NCBI GenBank assembly: GCA_951406725.2
Contig: OX597827.1
Location: forward strand, 13,888,001 to 13,952,000
Direction: 5' to 3'
Source of the DNA: Octopus vulgaris
Taxonomy: Eukaryota
Length of the DNA stretch: 64,000 nt
A program made the translations under genes and the position numbers. Numbering within the stretch: position 1 is the first letter of the stretch; each line of letters opens with the position of its first letter. Shown here in pieces: positions 1-12,672 of this stretch. The notes below the pieces were generated by a model. That model was not told the origin of the DNA and searched no databases. It was given only the letters and a program-made list of their open reading frames with translations.

Positions 1-1871
1 TAAGTATTGACAGTAAATAACTGTTTCTCATTCCCAGAAATAATATTATACTTAAGGAAAGCATTTTCCCGACTGTCTCTATCTAAAGCTCTCAGGACTG
101 TGATGTCATTCTTGCTTTGTGGGTGATAATGGACATCTAGGCTGAATGGGTTAACACTAGGAAATGTAAAGTATGGGGCATTATCATTCTCATCCATGAC
201 CTCAACAATAACATTTGCTGTGTTACTAAGAGATGGTGATCCGTTGTCTTTGACAATTACTTTAAATGAATAAGATTTGTGTTGCTCACGATCCAGGGAT
301 TTGATTGTGGAAATAAACCCATAATTTGTAATCTTGAAAGGTAATATCTGGTTTTTACCATTTTCCAAAGAATAAGCTAACTTACTGCCATCCCCTAGAT
401 CAGGATCAGTCGCATTAATAAAACCAACAGGAAAATTTGATTTTTCATTTTCATAAGTAAGAAATTTAAAAGTGCTTTTTATAAATTGTGGTCTTACGTC
501 ATTAACATCCATAACTTGAATAGAAAATTCTCTTTTAGTCTGTAATGGTGGACTGCCTGCATCTTCGCATGTGATTGACATGTCATAATGATCAGTCACT
601 TCCCTGTTTACAGGTTTTTTCATAATTATTTTATATTCCTTTGAACCTAAATTCAAAAGCTGGAATTTATCATGGTTAAGACTGCAGCTAACTTCTCCGT
701 TCTTGCCAACATCATTATCTATGACACTGACATAAGCAATAAAACTACCAACTTCAATCTTTTCAGAAATAGCGGCCAAATTTTCCTGCAGTTGTGAAAC
801 GAAATTGATATCTAATTCAGGAGGTGTATTCTGTTGGTTAATCACATTTATTAAAACCATTGCAATGGAACTTAACGGAGGGTTTCCACCATCAGTTGCA
901 TCAACAAACAGCTTATATGATTGTTTTTTACCCAAGTTTCTAATTCCTTGTGCATATATTTCCCCATTTTTTGTTAACTTGAATTTTTCTTTGGCAATTT
1001 CTGGCGTTTTGGAATTAAACTGATATGAAACATTACCATTATTGCCAGAATCTAAATCAGTTGCTGACAATACTAGTATGGGTACATTTGGAGGATGTGT
1101 GTTTTTTATAGAAATATTGTTCATACTATGAGAGAAAATAGGCCTATTGTCATTAATATCTGTTACAAATATCTGAACTTCTAAAATACCTATCTTTATT
1201 GGTGATCCTTCATCTTTTGCAATTACCTGGAGTTTATATACATCTTTCACTTCTCTGTCTAAACTTTTTTCTAATACAATTCCAAGTTTTGATGTGCCAA
1301 ATTCTTTTTCTGCTACAAAAAGTGTAAATGGTTCACCAGCACTTTTTCGTAAACGGTATGTGATCTTTGAGTTCAGAAGGCCAACATCTTTATCAACAGC
1401 ATTTGGAATTGATTTCATTGTTCCTTTCCTGTCTGTTTCAGAAAAATCTATTTTCACCAATTTTTTTGGAAAAGTTGGTTCGTTATCATTAACGTCCTTT
1501 ATGAAAACACGTACTTTTAGTACTTTGATAAAAGTTTCTGCTTGTCGAACAGCAATTTTGATAGTTTTGAAACACTCCGTGTTGTACATACAGAGGTGCT
1601 CGGCATCAATGAGCTGTGTTGTGTAAAGTTTTCCACTTCGAGTGACATTAAACAACGCTGTACTACTAGTTTGTCTTTGAGGCAGTTCATTAAATGTAAT
1701 TTGACTGTGGTCTTTAAGGAGCAAAATATGTATTTCCTGTGCATCGGTGGCAATGTCGCCTAAGTATGTCCCTGGTAGTTTGCCTTCCTCCACATAGTAA
1801 GTTAAGTCCACACTAGAACAACTGTGAAGGAAGGTAGAAACTACAAAAATATGGACAAACATATCCTCCAT
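1..1871 (-). CDS. Protocadherin (cephalopod-type), large coding exon, 3'-partial (runs off the left edge): signal peptide, EC1-EC5, start of EC6
   Basis: Manual translation from ATG 1871-1869 gives an uninterrupted frame: MEDMFVHIFVVSTFLHSCSSVDLTYYVEEGKLPGTYLGDIA...IDAEHLCMYNTEC...IKDVNDNEPTF...AVDKDVG...LDREVKDVYKLQVIAKDEGSP...TDINDNRPIF...ATDLDSGNNG...ATDGGNPPLS...MDVNDVRPQF...ATDPDLG...LDREQHKSY...KDNGSPSLS...MDENDNAPYF...ALDRDS. It carries the cadherin motifs DxNDN, AxDxD, LDRE and DxGxP. Confidence 0.96.
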   Translation of the reverse strand, partial: MEDMFVHIFVVSTFLHSCSSVDLTYYVEEGKLPGTYLGDIATDAQEIHILLLKDHSQITFNELPQRQTSSTALFNVTRSGKLYTTQLIDAEHLCMYNTECFKTIKIAVRQAETFIKVLKVRVFIKDVNDNEPTFPKKLVKIDFSETDRKGTMKSIPNAVDKDVGLLNSKITYRLRKSAGEPFTLFVAEKEFGTSKLGIVLEKSLDREVKDVYKLQVIAKDEGSPIKIGILEVQIFVTDINDNRPIFSHSMNNISIKNTHPPNVPILVLSATDLDSGNNGNVSYQFNSKTPEIAKEKFKLTKNGEIYAQGIRNLGKKQSYKLFVDATDGGNPPLSSIAMVLINVINQQNTPPELDINFVSQLQENLAAISEKIEVGSFIAYVSVIDNDVGKNGEVSCSLNHDKFQLLNLGSKEYKIIMKKPVNREVTDHYDMSITCEDAGSPPLQTKREFSIQVMDVNDVRPQFIKSTFKFLTYENEKSNFPVGFINATDPDLGDGSKLAYSLENGKNQILPFKITNYGFISTIKSLDREQHKSYSFKVIVKDNGSPSLSNTANVIVEVMDENDNAPYFTFPSVNPFSLDVHYHPQSKNDITVLRALDRDSRENAFLKYNIISGNEKQLFTVNT

Positions 1872-1898
1872 TAATTCTAAATCAAAATATTAAATGAT

Positions 1899-1930
1899 TC
1901 TGAAAAGAAAGAAAGAAAGAAAAAAAATTA
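1899..1930 (-). other. 3' splice acceptor upstream of the protocadherin ATG
   Basis: The minus strand reads TTTTTTTTCTTTCTTTCTTTCTTTTCAG|AATC: a polypyrimidine tract plus CAG, 28 nt before the ATG. Confidence 0.75.
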
Positions 1931-2057
1931 TGATCAGTCATCTGGAATTGTTTTAGTAATGATTAATCTTTAACCATTCTACTAATAAATAAATAATGGA
2001 CCGTAGCAAAAGCATTATTATCAGATTAATTGATTCCAACTACACTATCCCACATAT

Positions 2058-2137
<80 letters not shown>

Positions 2138-2881
2138 ATATAAATATACATATATATATATACACATATATACATAACTATATATAAGCATATATATATG
2201 TACATACATACATTATACATATAATTCATACATATACCATGTACATACATATATATACATATAAATACAGTGTACATTTAAATACATAAGAGGCATCCAT
2301 CATAGGAATCCTTGCATGCTAGACAGAACAGTTAAATTCCAAACCACTATTAGGGATAAAACTTTGAAAGGAAGGAAAAATAAAAACATTTACCATCTAA
2401 ATCCTGGACTATGGTTTCAGACTTTTTTAGCAAATAAAATAATTTGCTAGGCGAAGCCTTCTTCAGCAGGTACACCTTAGATTAAACATATATACATGAG
2501 GCAATCCAGTATATGCCCCGAGCTTATACAGTCTAATTTTTCAAAATTTACCATGCAAATGATAAATATGTATACATAACGAACTCACCCAGCATTAGAT
2601 GACATATGAGAGTTCAACAATTTCTTACCGAACAACCACATAGATGATTTGTTTATATAATGATCAAATGTTTGTGTAGTGATAAGCTCACACTCTCCTT
2701 CAGATCGACATTACCTGTACAGGTGCAAGTGGGTGCCACATGTCAGAGGTTGAAATGGTCACAGAGCAATGTGAAATGAAGTGCTCTGCTCAAGAACACA
2801 AGGCATCGCCCGGTCTGGAAATTGAACCCACAATCTCGCAATCATGAATGCAACGCTCTAACCACTAAGACACGCACCTTT

Positions 2882-2901
<20 letters not shown>

Positions 2902-2912
<11 letters not shown>

Positions 2913-3105
2913 AATTATTTGCGTAATGAGATAAAAAACAAAGCAAGGCTGTATAGATATTAGAGCATTTATAGATAGAAAGTCTTACAGCTGTTTCTAG
3001 GATATCCTAGAAACAGCTGTAAGACCTTCTATCTATAAATGCTCTAATATCTATACAGCCTTGCTTTGTTTTTTATCTCATTATGCAAATAATTTATATA
3101 TATAT
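2902..3105. repeat. 204-bp near-perfect DNA palindrome in a (TA)n tract, probably derived from a Penelope-like terminal repeat
   Basis: Axis at 3003/3004 (CTAGGATATCCTAG) with 2 mismatches. Each arm starts with GAAA-CAGCTG-TA, a hammerhead stem III half. Confidence 0.8.
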
Positions 3106-3584
3106 ATACATATATATTTAATATGTATTATGAATGCTATTTAAATTTTTAAAAAGTTAAGAGTTTAGAATAATCTGTTCATCAAATATTAGTTATTGCT
3201 CTTATATAACTCTGGTTAAGCAGATCTATGATCAAGGGCATTCAAGGCATGGCCATCCATCTTTAAAGAGATATCTAAGACTACATCATTTACTATGTCT
3301 AGTATATCCTCTTTTTATTCTGTTGTTTATAGTTTGAGGGAGATTTGTTTGCTATTTCTAGAAGCTCTCACCAAACTTCAGTTGATTGGATTTGGTTGTT
3401 GCTTAGACCTAAGCCAACCCTGACTGAGTAGATCTACATTCAAGTGTGTTCTATTCCACTAATGCACAACCTGACTGTTATTTCTAGGTGCTGATGTAGG
3501 AGTTCCCTTGTTTACTCACCTAAGCAGTTATTAGTTATGTGTGGAAGAAAAGAATAAAAATATTCTTAAAAATAGACCCTTAAT

Positions 3585-3920
3585 ATTATTTTCAAATTTT
3601 GGCACAATGCCAGAAATTTCAGGGCAGGGAGTAAGTCGGTTACATCAACCCCAGTACTCAACTGGTACTTGTTTCGTCCACCACCTTAAAATAAACATTT
3701 AATATTGGTTTCAGATTTTAGCACAAGGCCAGCTATTTCAAGGGTGGGAGTAAGTTGTTTACATCGACCCCCGCTGTCCAACTGGTAGTTATTTTATCAA
3801 CTCTGAAAGGATGAAAAGCAAAGTCAACCTCTGGGACATTTGCACTTAGAACATAAAGACAGACGAAATGCCACTAAGAATTTCGCTTGGTGTGCAAACA
3901 ATTCTGCCGGCTCGCCACCT
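3585..3920 (-). mobile_element. SINE family B (Nin/Deu-like core), a partial and a near-full decayed copy
   Basis: Reverse complement matches GGCGAGC.GGCAGAA...GACTTTGC.TTTCATCCTTTC.G.GT.GATAAAATAA.TACCAGTT, as in the 17990 copy. Confidence 0.7.
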
Positions 3921-4727
3921 TAATGCAGACACTTAATATCAATAAAAAGAAAATATTGGTTGAAATCTCACTGCTGAAATCTATCGAACACAAGACATTA
4001 TCAAAGAAAGAAATAAAGAAAATATAATCAGCAAAAGCGTTAGACATGAGTTAAAAATATTACATTAAGAACACTGCAGCATTAAAGTAAAGACAAATTT
4101 ATTCTTCAAGCATAATTCACATATTAAAATCTCCAGTCATTATTAACCTATGGCAAAAGTTAATCCAATGGAAAATCCACCCCGGTGTAGCAGCTGGTGG
4201 TGCAATATTTGCTGATGACTTATTAATATTGACTGTTCGGTCAATGGGAATGAAGCGGTGAGAAATGTCGTGATAAAAGTGGTAAAGACAATCAATGAAA
4301 GTAAAGTTGTAACATGTAACAATAGTTAGAACTGCAGAGAAACAGGCTTAGACATACAAAAGTTTGAATGATTGGAAAGTAAATACAGATTTATCATACA
4401 GTTGAAGAATGAGACCAGGGTTCAGGGAATTGAATGACAAACATAGATTTATTGTACAGTAGTAGATTAGAAAGTCAATATTCATAGAGAGAATAATGGT
4501 AAATAGGTAAATCTAGAATGTTAGAATGGAGAAGGTATGTGGCTAAGAAGTTTGTTCATTTTGTAACCCCCATGTGGTTCTAGGATACTGGGTTCAAGTA
4601 CTGTACAGGGTACTTTGGGCAAATGTCTTCTGTTATAGTGTCAAGTTAACCAGTTGTCTTGTGATAAAAAATTTGGTGAATCAAACTAGAATTTGATCAT
4701 AAATACATTTACAAAGAAAGATGCATG

Positions 4728-5240
4728 TAGGTGTGGCTGTGTGGTAAGAAGTTTGCTTCTCAGTCACTTGTTTCTGGGTTCAGTCCCATTGTGTGGCACT
4801 TTGAGAAAATGTCTGGCTGACCTATACCTTTTGAATGGATTTGGTAGATGTTAACTGAAGGAAGCACATATATATATATATATATTATATATATAATATA
4901 TATATTTATATTTATATGTACACATATACATTTTTATTTATATATTTGTATGTATATTTATATATCTGTGTGCTGTGTGTGTATCTACGTATGCTTGTTT
5001 GTTATATATATAGCTATGTACATGTATCTTTGTGTTAATGCTTGTCCTCCACCACTGTTTGAAACTGGTGTTGGTTTATTTATGTCCCCCATAACTAAGC
5101 AGTTTGGCAAAAGAGCCTAATAGAATAAGTACCAGGCCTACAAAAATATAAGTAATGGAGTCAATTCGTTTGACTAAAACCCTTTAAAGTAGTGCCCTTG
5201 CATGGGCACACTTCAATGACTGAAACAAGTAAAAGATAAT
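4728..5240 (+). mobile_element. SINE family A, decayed
   Basis: GTGGCTGTGTGGTAAG head, central AT/GT microsatellite and TGACTGAAACAAGTAAAAGA tail. Confidence 0.75.
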
Positions 5241-5289
5241 ACATGTACATACAAGTGAGTGCTTGTGTGTGCATGCATGTGTGTGTGTG

Positions 5290-5512
5290 TGTCTGTGTTT
5301 CTTCGTCTTGACATCATGTGTTTGTCGTAAACGAGTGTCACTGCCAAACAAGCAGTGTCGTTCATTCCCAGTATTCTGTGAGAACATGCCTGACCACGGG
5401 GAAATATTACTTCGCTTGAAAACAGGTGAAGGTTGGTGACCGGAAGGGCTTCCAGCTGTAGAAAGCCCACAGCAAACTCTGTTCATCTGACCCATGCTAA
5501 ATGATGATGATG
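5290..5512 (+). mobile_element. Short retroposon body with RTE-type (GAT)n tail (family E); related pieces near 6630-6850(-), 9100-9240(-), 57640-57790(+)
   Basis: GGAAGGGC.TCCAGCTGTAGAAA...ACCCATGCTA...(GAT)n end, shared with family D. Confidence 0.6.
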
Positions 5513-5974
5513 GGTGTATGTGTGCATGTGTGTGTATGTGTCTGTGTTTGTGTTGGTGAGTGTGTGGGGGTGTGAATGTGTGGGTGTGTACTGACATTTA
5601 TCCTTTTATGTCAAAAGATAACCAAGCCATTCAATAATTAAAGATTGATAAAGACTTACTAAGGTCAATAAGCTGAGCTGCAAAAGCCCCCTTGAAGTTC
5701 ATGCCCCATCATGACCAGAGTCCAATAAAGGAGTGAATGAATATATTCTTTAATATTTTATCATTTTATTGATCTCTATCTGGGAAATGGCTTAGTCATT
5801 ATTTAGAATTATAAGCAAGTCATAAAGGAATATAACACGATCTACTAATTCACACTTGGAAACAAACATGGGGAGAGGCACACATAACATATATATATGT
5901 GTATGTATGTAGATATATATACATATATATATATACATATATATATATACATATATATATACATACATATATAT

Positions 5975-6098
<124 letters not shown>

Positions 6099-6102
6099 AA
6101 AA

Positions 6103-6135
<33 letters not shown>

Positions 6136-6421
6136 TATGTATATATATATATATATACATATAATATATATATATATAATGTATATATAATGTATATATA
6201 TATTTACATACAAATACATATATACATACATACACACACACACACACATATATATTTAAAATGTATAAATATATATATGTACATATAAATCTGTCTATCT
6301 ATCTATCTATCTATCTGTCAATATATATACATACATCATCATCATCATCGTTTAACGTCCACTTTCCATGCTGGCATGGGCTGGACAGTTTGACTGAGGA
6401 CTGGCGAGCCAGATTGCTACA

Positions 6422-6456
<35 letters not shown>

Positions 6457-6898
6457 GGGCATCAAGCTGTAGAAACACTGCCAGATCCGACTGGCCTGGT
6501 GCAGCCTTCGGACTCCCCAGACCCCAGTTGAACCGTCCAACCCATGCTAGCATGGAAAGCGGACGTTAAATGATGATGATGATGATGATGATATATATAT
6601 ATATATATATTAACACCCAGAGACATATATAATGTTATTATCTTCATTTCAATGTTTACTTTCCCATGCTCACATAGACCAGGCAAATTTTCTACAGGCA
6701 AATGCCTTCCCATTGTGAAGCTTCATCTGTTTCATGCAAGGTACTATTTCTCGTAGGCAGAATATAGGAAAGGAACAACACTGCTTCTATGAAAGTGACA
6801 TTCATTTACAGTTCTTATGCAATGTAAAGACATGGAGACAAGCATACACATACTCACTCACACACACACACACACACACATAGATGCACACACATTTA

Positions 6899-7692
6899 CA
6901 GGGTATGGTGAATGAACTGTTGTTTAAATTATGCAAAAATGAAAATAACACTGACATCTCATTTTAACAGATATATTTACCAAAATTACATGAAAATATT
7001 TTGAAATACTAAAGGGTAAATTTATTCAATAAAATCGTCATTGGCTTCAACCACGGCCTCCACATGACTTTGGCATCTCCTGCAGCTCTGGATGGTCTCC
7101 TTGTTTAAGTTGGTGAATGCTGCCATAATCCTTGCCTTCAGTTCATCTTTGCTGCTACAAGGAGCTTTGCTAGTCTCTCAGTCAACTGCGCCCCCACCCA
7201 CATAGTAATCAATGGGGTTGCAGTCTGTGGAGTTAGGTGGCGAGATGTTAGAGGTGATGTGGTCGCAGAAATTGTCTGACAGCCAGGACTGGGTTCTCCT
7301 ACTTGTGCAGCATAGTACAGAGTCCTGTTGCCAGACATAGGGTCTTCCAACAGCCATCCTCTTGACCCAGGGCAGCACTACCTTCTCCGGATACTTGATG
7401 TTGACTGGATGTTTGATTTTCATCACTCTCGGTACATGTCCACAGATTGCACTGTCCTCAGATTAACACCCAAACACTCTGAAATGTTTTTATTTGAGCT
7501 TCCAGCATGAATGCCAAGCAGTACAGCATGTCATTTCCAAATTTCTGGCAGAGTGAATTGTGTTATGATGCTGTTTTTCTCACAGGTGTCCAACTGACCC
7601 TACTATACTGTGTAGTCAACAAAATCAAAAACAAGCAATACACATGCACGAAATAAAAAATATACAAAGGAGACAATTTACCCATCACATGT

Positions 7693-7694
<2 letters not shown>
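6899..7694 (-). mobile_element. Internally deleted, decayed Tc1/mariner DNA transposon (DD37D/maT-like)
   Basis: ORF 7178-7426 contains YVWQQDSVLCCTSRRTQSWLSDNFCDHITSNISPPNSTDCNPIDYYV, i.e. the QDxAPxH...WPPxSPDxNPxDY motif with D-37-D spacing. Degenerate TIRs are flanked by TA at both ends. Confidence 0.8.
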
Positions 7695-7740
<46 letters not shown>

Positions 7741-7838
7741 AGGGAAAGTGTCTTCTATAGCCTCAGGCCAACCAAAGTCTTGTGAGCGGATTTGGTAGAC
7801 AGAAACTGGAAGAGGCCCATCATACGTACACACACACA

Positions 7839-7883
<45 letters not shown>

Positions 7884-8120
7884 TTATAATGTATATATCT
7901 ATGTCTTTGTGTCTTTGTGTTTGTTTCCCATTACCACTTAATAACCAGTGTGTTTACATTCCCATAACTTAGCAGTTTGACAAAAAAGACCGATAGAATA
8001 AGTACTAAGCTTAAAAAAAGTCTTGTGGTTGATGTGTTCAACTAAAATATATCTTTTAAGGCAGTGCTCCAGCATGCTGCAGTCACATGACCGGAACAAG
8101 TAAAAGAATAAAAGAATATA

Positions 8121-8201
<81 letters not shown>

Positions 8202-8203
8202 GT

Positions 8204-8391
<188 letters not shown>

Positions 8392-8398
8392 ATATGTA

Positions 8399-8446
<48 letters not shown>

Positions 8447-9245
8447 CATTTGCAGACATTAGTTTCTTAATGTAAGGTTGTTGGTGTCATAAATGTAGGA
8501 ATCTTTTGGAAGTAGATTGGAAAGCACAAATAGGCATTTAGTGTAAGCATATAAAGAGAATTCTATAAATATGGTTACTTTGAGTATCAAGTTGTTGGCA
8601 GCAACCTTGAGCATTAGTGCTACATATAGTTAAACTTCAGCAGACTGGATTTTTTTTGCTGATATGAAAATGGAGGCACAATCACTGATTCCATTGAAGC
8701 TAGATCTATTTCTATTTAGGTTTAAAAGAAAGTTGCTTATTGATTGACAGTCAGGTTTGATTCTGACTCAGTGTATTCTTGTATCAGAGATTCTTTGATT
8801 AAATAGAAGTTGTTTATAGAATTATTTAACTGTACGGTAATTTTGTGAAAAGTGATAGAATGGTAAAAAGGCTGATAAAAGACAGAGTTAGTGCCAGCTC
8901 ATGTAATTTAGTGATTCAAATAATTTTGATTAGTTAAAGTTTACTTTCCAATGAAGAGATGGAAATGACATTAACCCAATGGCTAACGGTAATGAAACGT
9001 AATTAAGGTAAAGGAAGATAACTCTGAAAATTTAATTAATTCAAATATGAATTAAGCCAGTAGTAACAGTAATTGATATGAAAACATTAGTTAGCTCTTC
9101 TGTTTCCAAGCAAGGTAATATCTCCCCATGGTCAGTTATGTTTTCACCAAAAACTGGAAAAAAAAATAGACTACTTCTGTAATGGTGTTGGTCATTTTAC
9201 AAGCATTATGTAATGTCAAGGCAAGGAAACACAGACACACATATC

Positions 9246-9370
<125 letters not shown>

Positions 9371-9521
9371 ATGTATTATGCATTTATATGTACATCAAGT
9401 CCTAGAAAGCATGCCAAGTCAGACTGGAACCAGGTGCAGCTGTCTGGTTTACCAGTTCCAATCAAACAATCTAACCCATACCAGCATGAAAAGTGAATGC
9501 TAAATGATGAGGATGATGATG

Positions 9522-9556
<35 letters not shown>

Positions 9557-9559
9557 CCC

Positions 9560-10197
9560 CTGATGCGTTTGGTGATATGATATGTTTGAGAAGACCTGTT
9601 GAGTCAAGTAAAACCAAAACCAAAATCATAGCTGTGGCCAGTGCCCCCAGATTAGCTCCCTTGCCAGTGGCACGTAAAAAGCACCAATCGAATGCAGCTG
9701 ATATCAATACCCCCACAATGGCACATAAAAAGCACCAATCGAATGCAGCTGATACCAATACCCCCATAATGGCACATAAAAAGCACCATCCAAACGTGGC
9801 CAATGCCAGAACCCGCTGACTGGCTCCTGTGCCAGTGGCATGTAAAAAACAGTATCTGAATGTGATCGATGTTAGGACTGTCTGACAGGCACGTAAAAAG
9901 CACCCTCTGAATGAGGCTGATGCCAGTACCCCCGACAGGCTCCCATGCCAGTGGCACATAAAAAGCACTATCCAAACGTGATCGATGCCAGGCCTGTCTG
10001 ACTGGCTCTTGTTCTGGTGGTACATAAAAAGCACACACTACACTCTCAGAGCAGTTGGTGTTAGGAAGGGTAATCAGCTATAGAAACATTGCTAGATCAG
10101 ATTGGAGCCTGGTGCAGCCGCTGGCCCTACAGACCTTGGGCAAACCGGCCAACCCATGCCAACATTAAAAAAACGGATGTTAAACGATGATGATGAT
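9560..10197 (+). mobile_element. Family D retroposon (RTE-type tail) with an internal array of 7 units
   Basis: Seven copies of TGGCAC(G/A)TAAAAAGCAC, then GTTAGGAAGGG...ACCCATGCCAACAT...GGATGTTAAACGATGATGAT. Confidence 0.8.
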
Positions 10198-10218
10198 ATA
10201 TATATGTATATATATATA

Positions 10219-10450
10219 GGTGGCGAGCTGGCAGAAACACTAGCACGCCGGGTGAAATACTTTGCGGTATTTCGTCCGCCGCTGTGTTCTGAGTTCAAAT
10301 TACACTGAGGTCGACTTTACCTTTCATCCTTTCGGGGTCGATAAATTAAGTACCAGTTACACACTGGGGTCGATGTAATAGATTTAATCCGTTTGTCTGT
10401 CCTTGTTTGTTCCCTCTGTGTTTAGCCCCTTGTGGGTAGCAAAGAAATAT
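10219..10450 (+). mobile_element. SINE family B (tRNA-like head, Nin/Deu-like core)
   Basis: GGTGGCGAGCTGGCAGAA...GAGTTCAAAT...TTTCATCCTTTCGGGGTCGATAAATTAAGTACCAGTT...AAAGAAATA. Confidence 0.85.
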
Positions 10451-10524
10451 ATATATATATATATATATGTATGTATAAACGATGATGATGACATGGATGG
10501 ATGGATGTATATATGTATCTTTTG

Positions 10525-11105
10525 TCTTTTACTTGTTCCAGACATTTGATAGCAGCCATGCTGGAGCACTGTCCTGAAGAGTTTTAGTCAAACAAATAAA
10601 CTCCAGTACTAATTTTTTAAGCCTACTACATATTCTATTGGTCTCTTTTAGTGAACTGCTAGGTTATGGGGTTGTAAACAGCACACCAACATCAGTTACC
10701 AAGTGGTGGTGGGGACAAACACAGACACAAAGCACGCAAACACACACACACACATGTGACACACATGTGCTCACACACACACACACATACATGGGTTTCT
10801 TTCGGTTTCCATCTACCAAATTCACTCACAAAGCTTTGGTTGGCCTGAGGCTATAGTGGAAGACACTTGCCCAAAGGGCCCCATAGTGGGACTGAACCCA
10901 GAACCATGTGGTTGGAAAGCAAACACAGCCATGCCTGCACCTGTGAGTGATGACCTTCTTGCAGGTTCCGTTTACCAAGTTCACTCACAAGGTTTTGATC
11001 GGCCTGGAGCTGTAGCAGAAGACACTTGCCCAAGGTGTCCTGCAGTGTGGACTGAACCCAAAACCATGTGGTAAGAAAGCAAGCTTCTTAACCACACAAC
11101 CATGG
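10525..11105 (-). mobile_element. SINE family A plus a duplicated 5' half
   Basis: Reverse complement of the family A consensus. The head segment occurs twice (about 10790-10940 and 10960-11105). Confidence 0.75.
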
Positions 11106-11178
11106 ACAGACAACTAAATAAAATAAATGAATAAATAAATAGACAAATAAATAAATAAGCCTAAAAAGAGAATACAAA

Positions 11179-11565
11179 GGTGCAGGATTGGCTGTGTGGT
11201 AAGTAGCTTGCTTATCAACCACATGGTTCCGGGTTCAGTCCCACTGAGTGGCACCTTGGGCAAGTGTCTTCTACTATAGCTGTGGGCCGACCAAAGCCTT
11301 GTGAGTGGATTTGGTAGACGGAAACTGAAAGAAGCCTGTCGTATATATGTATATATGTATGTGTTTGTCCACCCCCTAGCATTGCTTGATAACCTATGCT
11401 GGTGTGTTTACGTCCCCGTAACTTAGCGGTTCGACAAAAGAGACCAATAGAATAGGTACTAGGCTTACAAAGAATAAGTCCTGGAGTCGATTTGCTCGAC
11501 TAAAGGCGGTGCTCCAGTATGGCCGCAGTCAAGTGACTGAAACAAGTAGAAGAGTAAAAGAGTAT
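11179..11565 (+). mobile_element. SINE family A, full length
   Basis: A-box-like TGGCTGTGTGG and B-box-like GGTTCAGTCCC, central microsatellite, (AAGAGTA)n tail. More than 15 homologous copies or halves occur in the window. Confidence 0.9.
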
Positions 11566-12075
11566 TATGCAACCTAAATATAGTAAAATAACTAAAATGT
11601 AGAATTAGAAGTTTTCTAACAACCGCTAGGAAAATCTGAAAAGATTAAACAAAAAAAAAAAAATTGTCAGCTCTTGCTAAAACTTAAAATACACACTTTT
11701 AAGCCGAATGCAAAAAGTATAATATAAAATCTGTATCTGCTGAGTGCTGCACTACACATAATGAAATTGGCTGCCTCTTAAGCCTATCCATTCCACTAGC
11801 TGCCAAACAATATCATTACAATATAAATACCGTCATAATAATGTTGACAAAAGCCACATGTTCGTCATTTTGGAGAACAAAAAAAAAATATATTCCTAAA
11901 ATTACTACGCTGCTTCTAAATGATGCTTTATAAAACAGAACGGAAATAAATAAACATTGCTTGTGATATTATACACTACCCTGACTGAATGCATTACTGA
12001 CTAAAACAATGTTGTTAACAAGCAGATAGTCAAACTTGCTCGTTTTAGCCAAGTTATACACACACAAAGACATAG

Positions 12076-12108
<33 letters not shown>

Positions 12109-12130
12109 AAGATATATATATATATGTGTG

Positions 12131-12173
<43 letters not shown>

Positions 12174-12319
12174 GTGAAACAAGGTGGAAAATGTATATAA
12201 ATATATATATATATACATATACATATATATATACATACAAATATATATGCATACATATATATATGCATACAAATATATATGCTTTAAATAAATACATATA
12301 TATATATATATATATATAC

Positions 12320-12355
<36 letters not shown>

Positions 12356-12391
12356 ATACATATATATACACATACATATATATATATATAC

Positions 12392-12487
<96 letters not shown>

Positions 12488-12489
<2 letters not shown>

Positions 12490-12672
12490 GGGGAGAGTTT
12501 ATGAAAAAAACAAAAGACGAAGACAGGTGGTGTACAAAACAAACAGATGTATTAGTATAACGCTCAGGAATAGAAAAAGTTGTTTACGTTTCGAGCCTAC
12601 GCTCTTCTACAGAAAGGGACACAGAAAAAAACAAGGAGAGAAAAAAAAAAGGAGAGAAAATGTGTGTGTGTA
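12488..12672 (-). mobile_element. Penelope-like terminal-repeat fragment in (TA)n (copies at 24600-24724 and 58958-59133)
   Basis: Three homologous copies, all abutting TA repeats. The element carries the hammerhead-like motif CTGTAGAA-GAG-CGTAGG-CTC-GAAA-CG-TA. Confidence 0.55.

Noticed and set aside
805-1763. Short ORFs of 72-110 aa in the ORF track
   Set aside because: Antisense or off-frame shadows of the protocadherin exon.
8460-9060. Possible very old LINE RT relic on the minus strand (similar impression at 4130-4500)
   Set aside because: Only faint motif traces by eye. BLASTx against LINE ORF2 would be needed.
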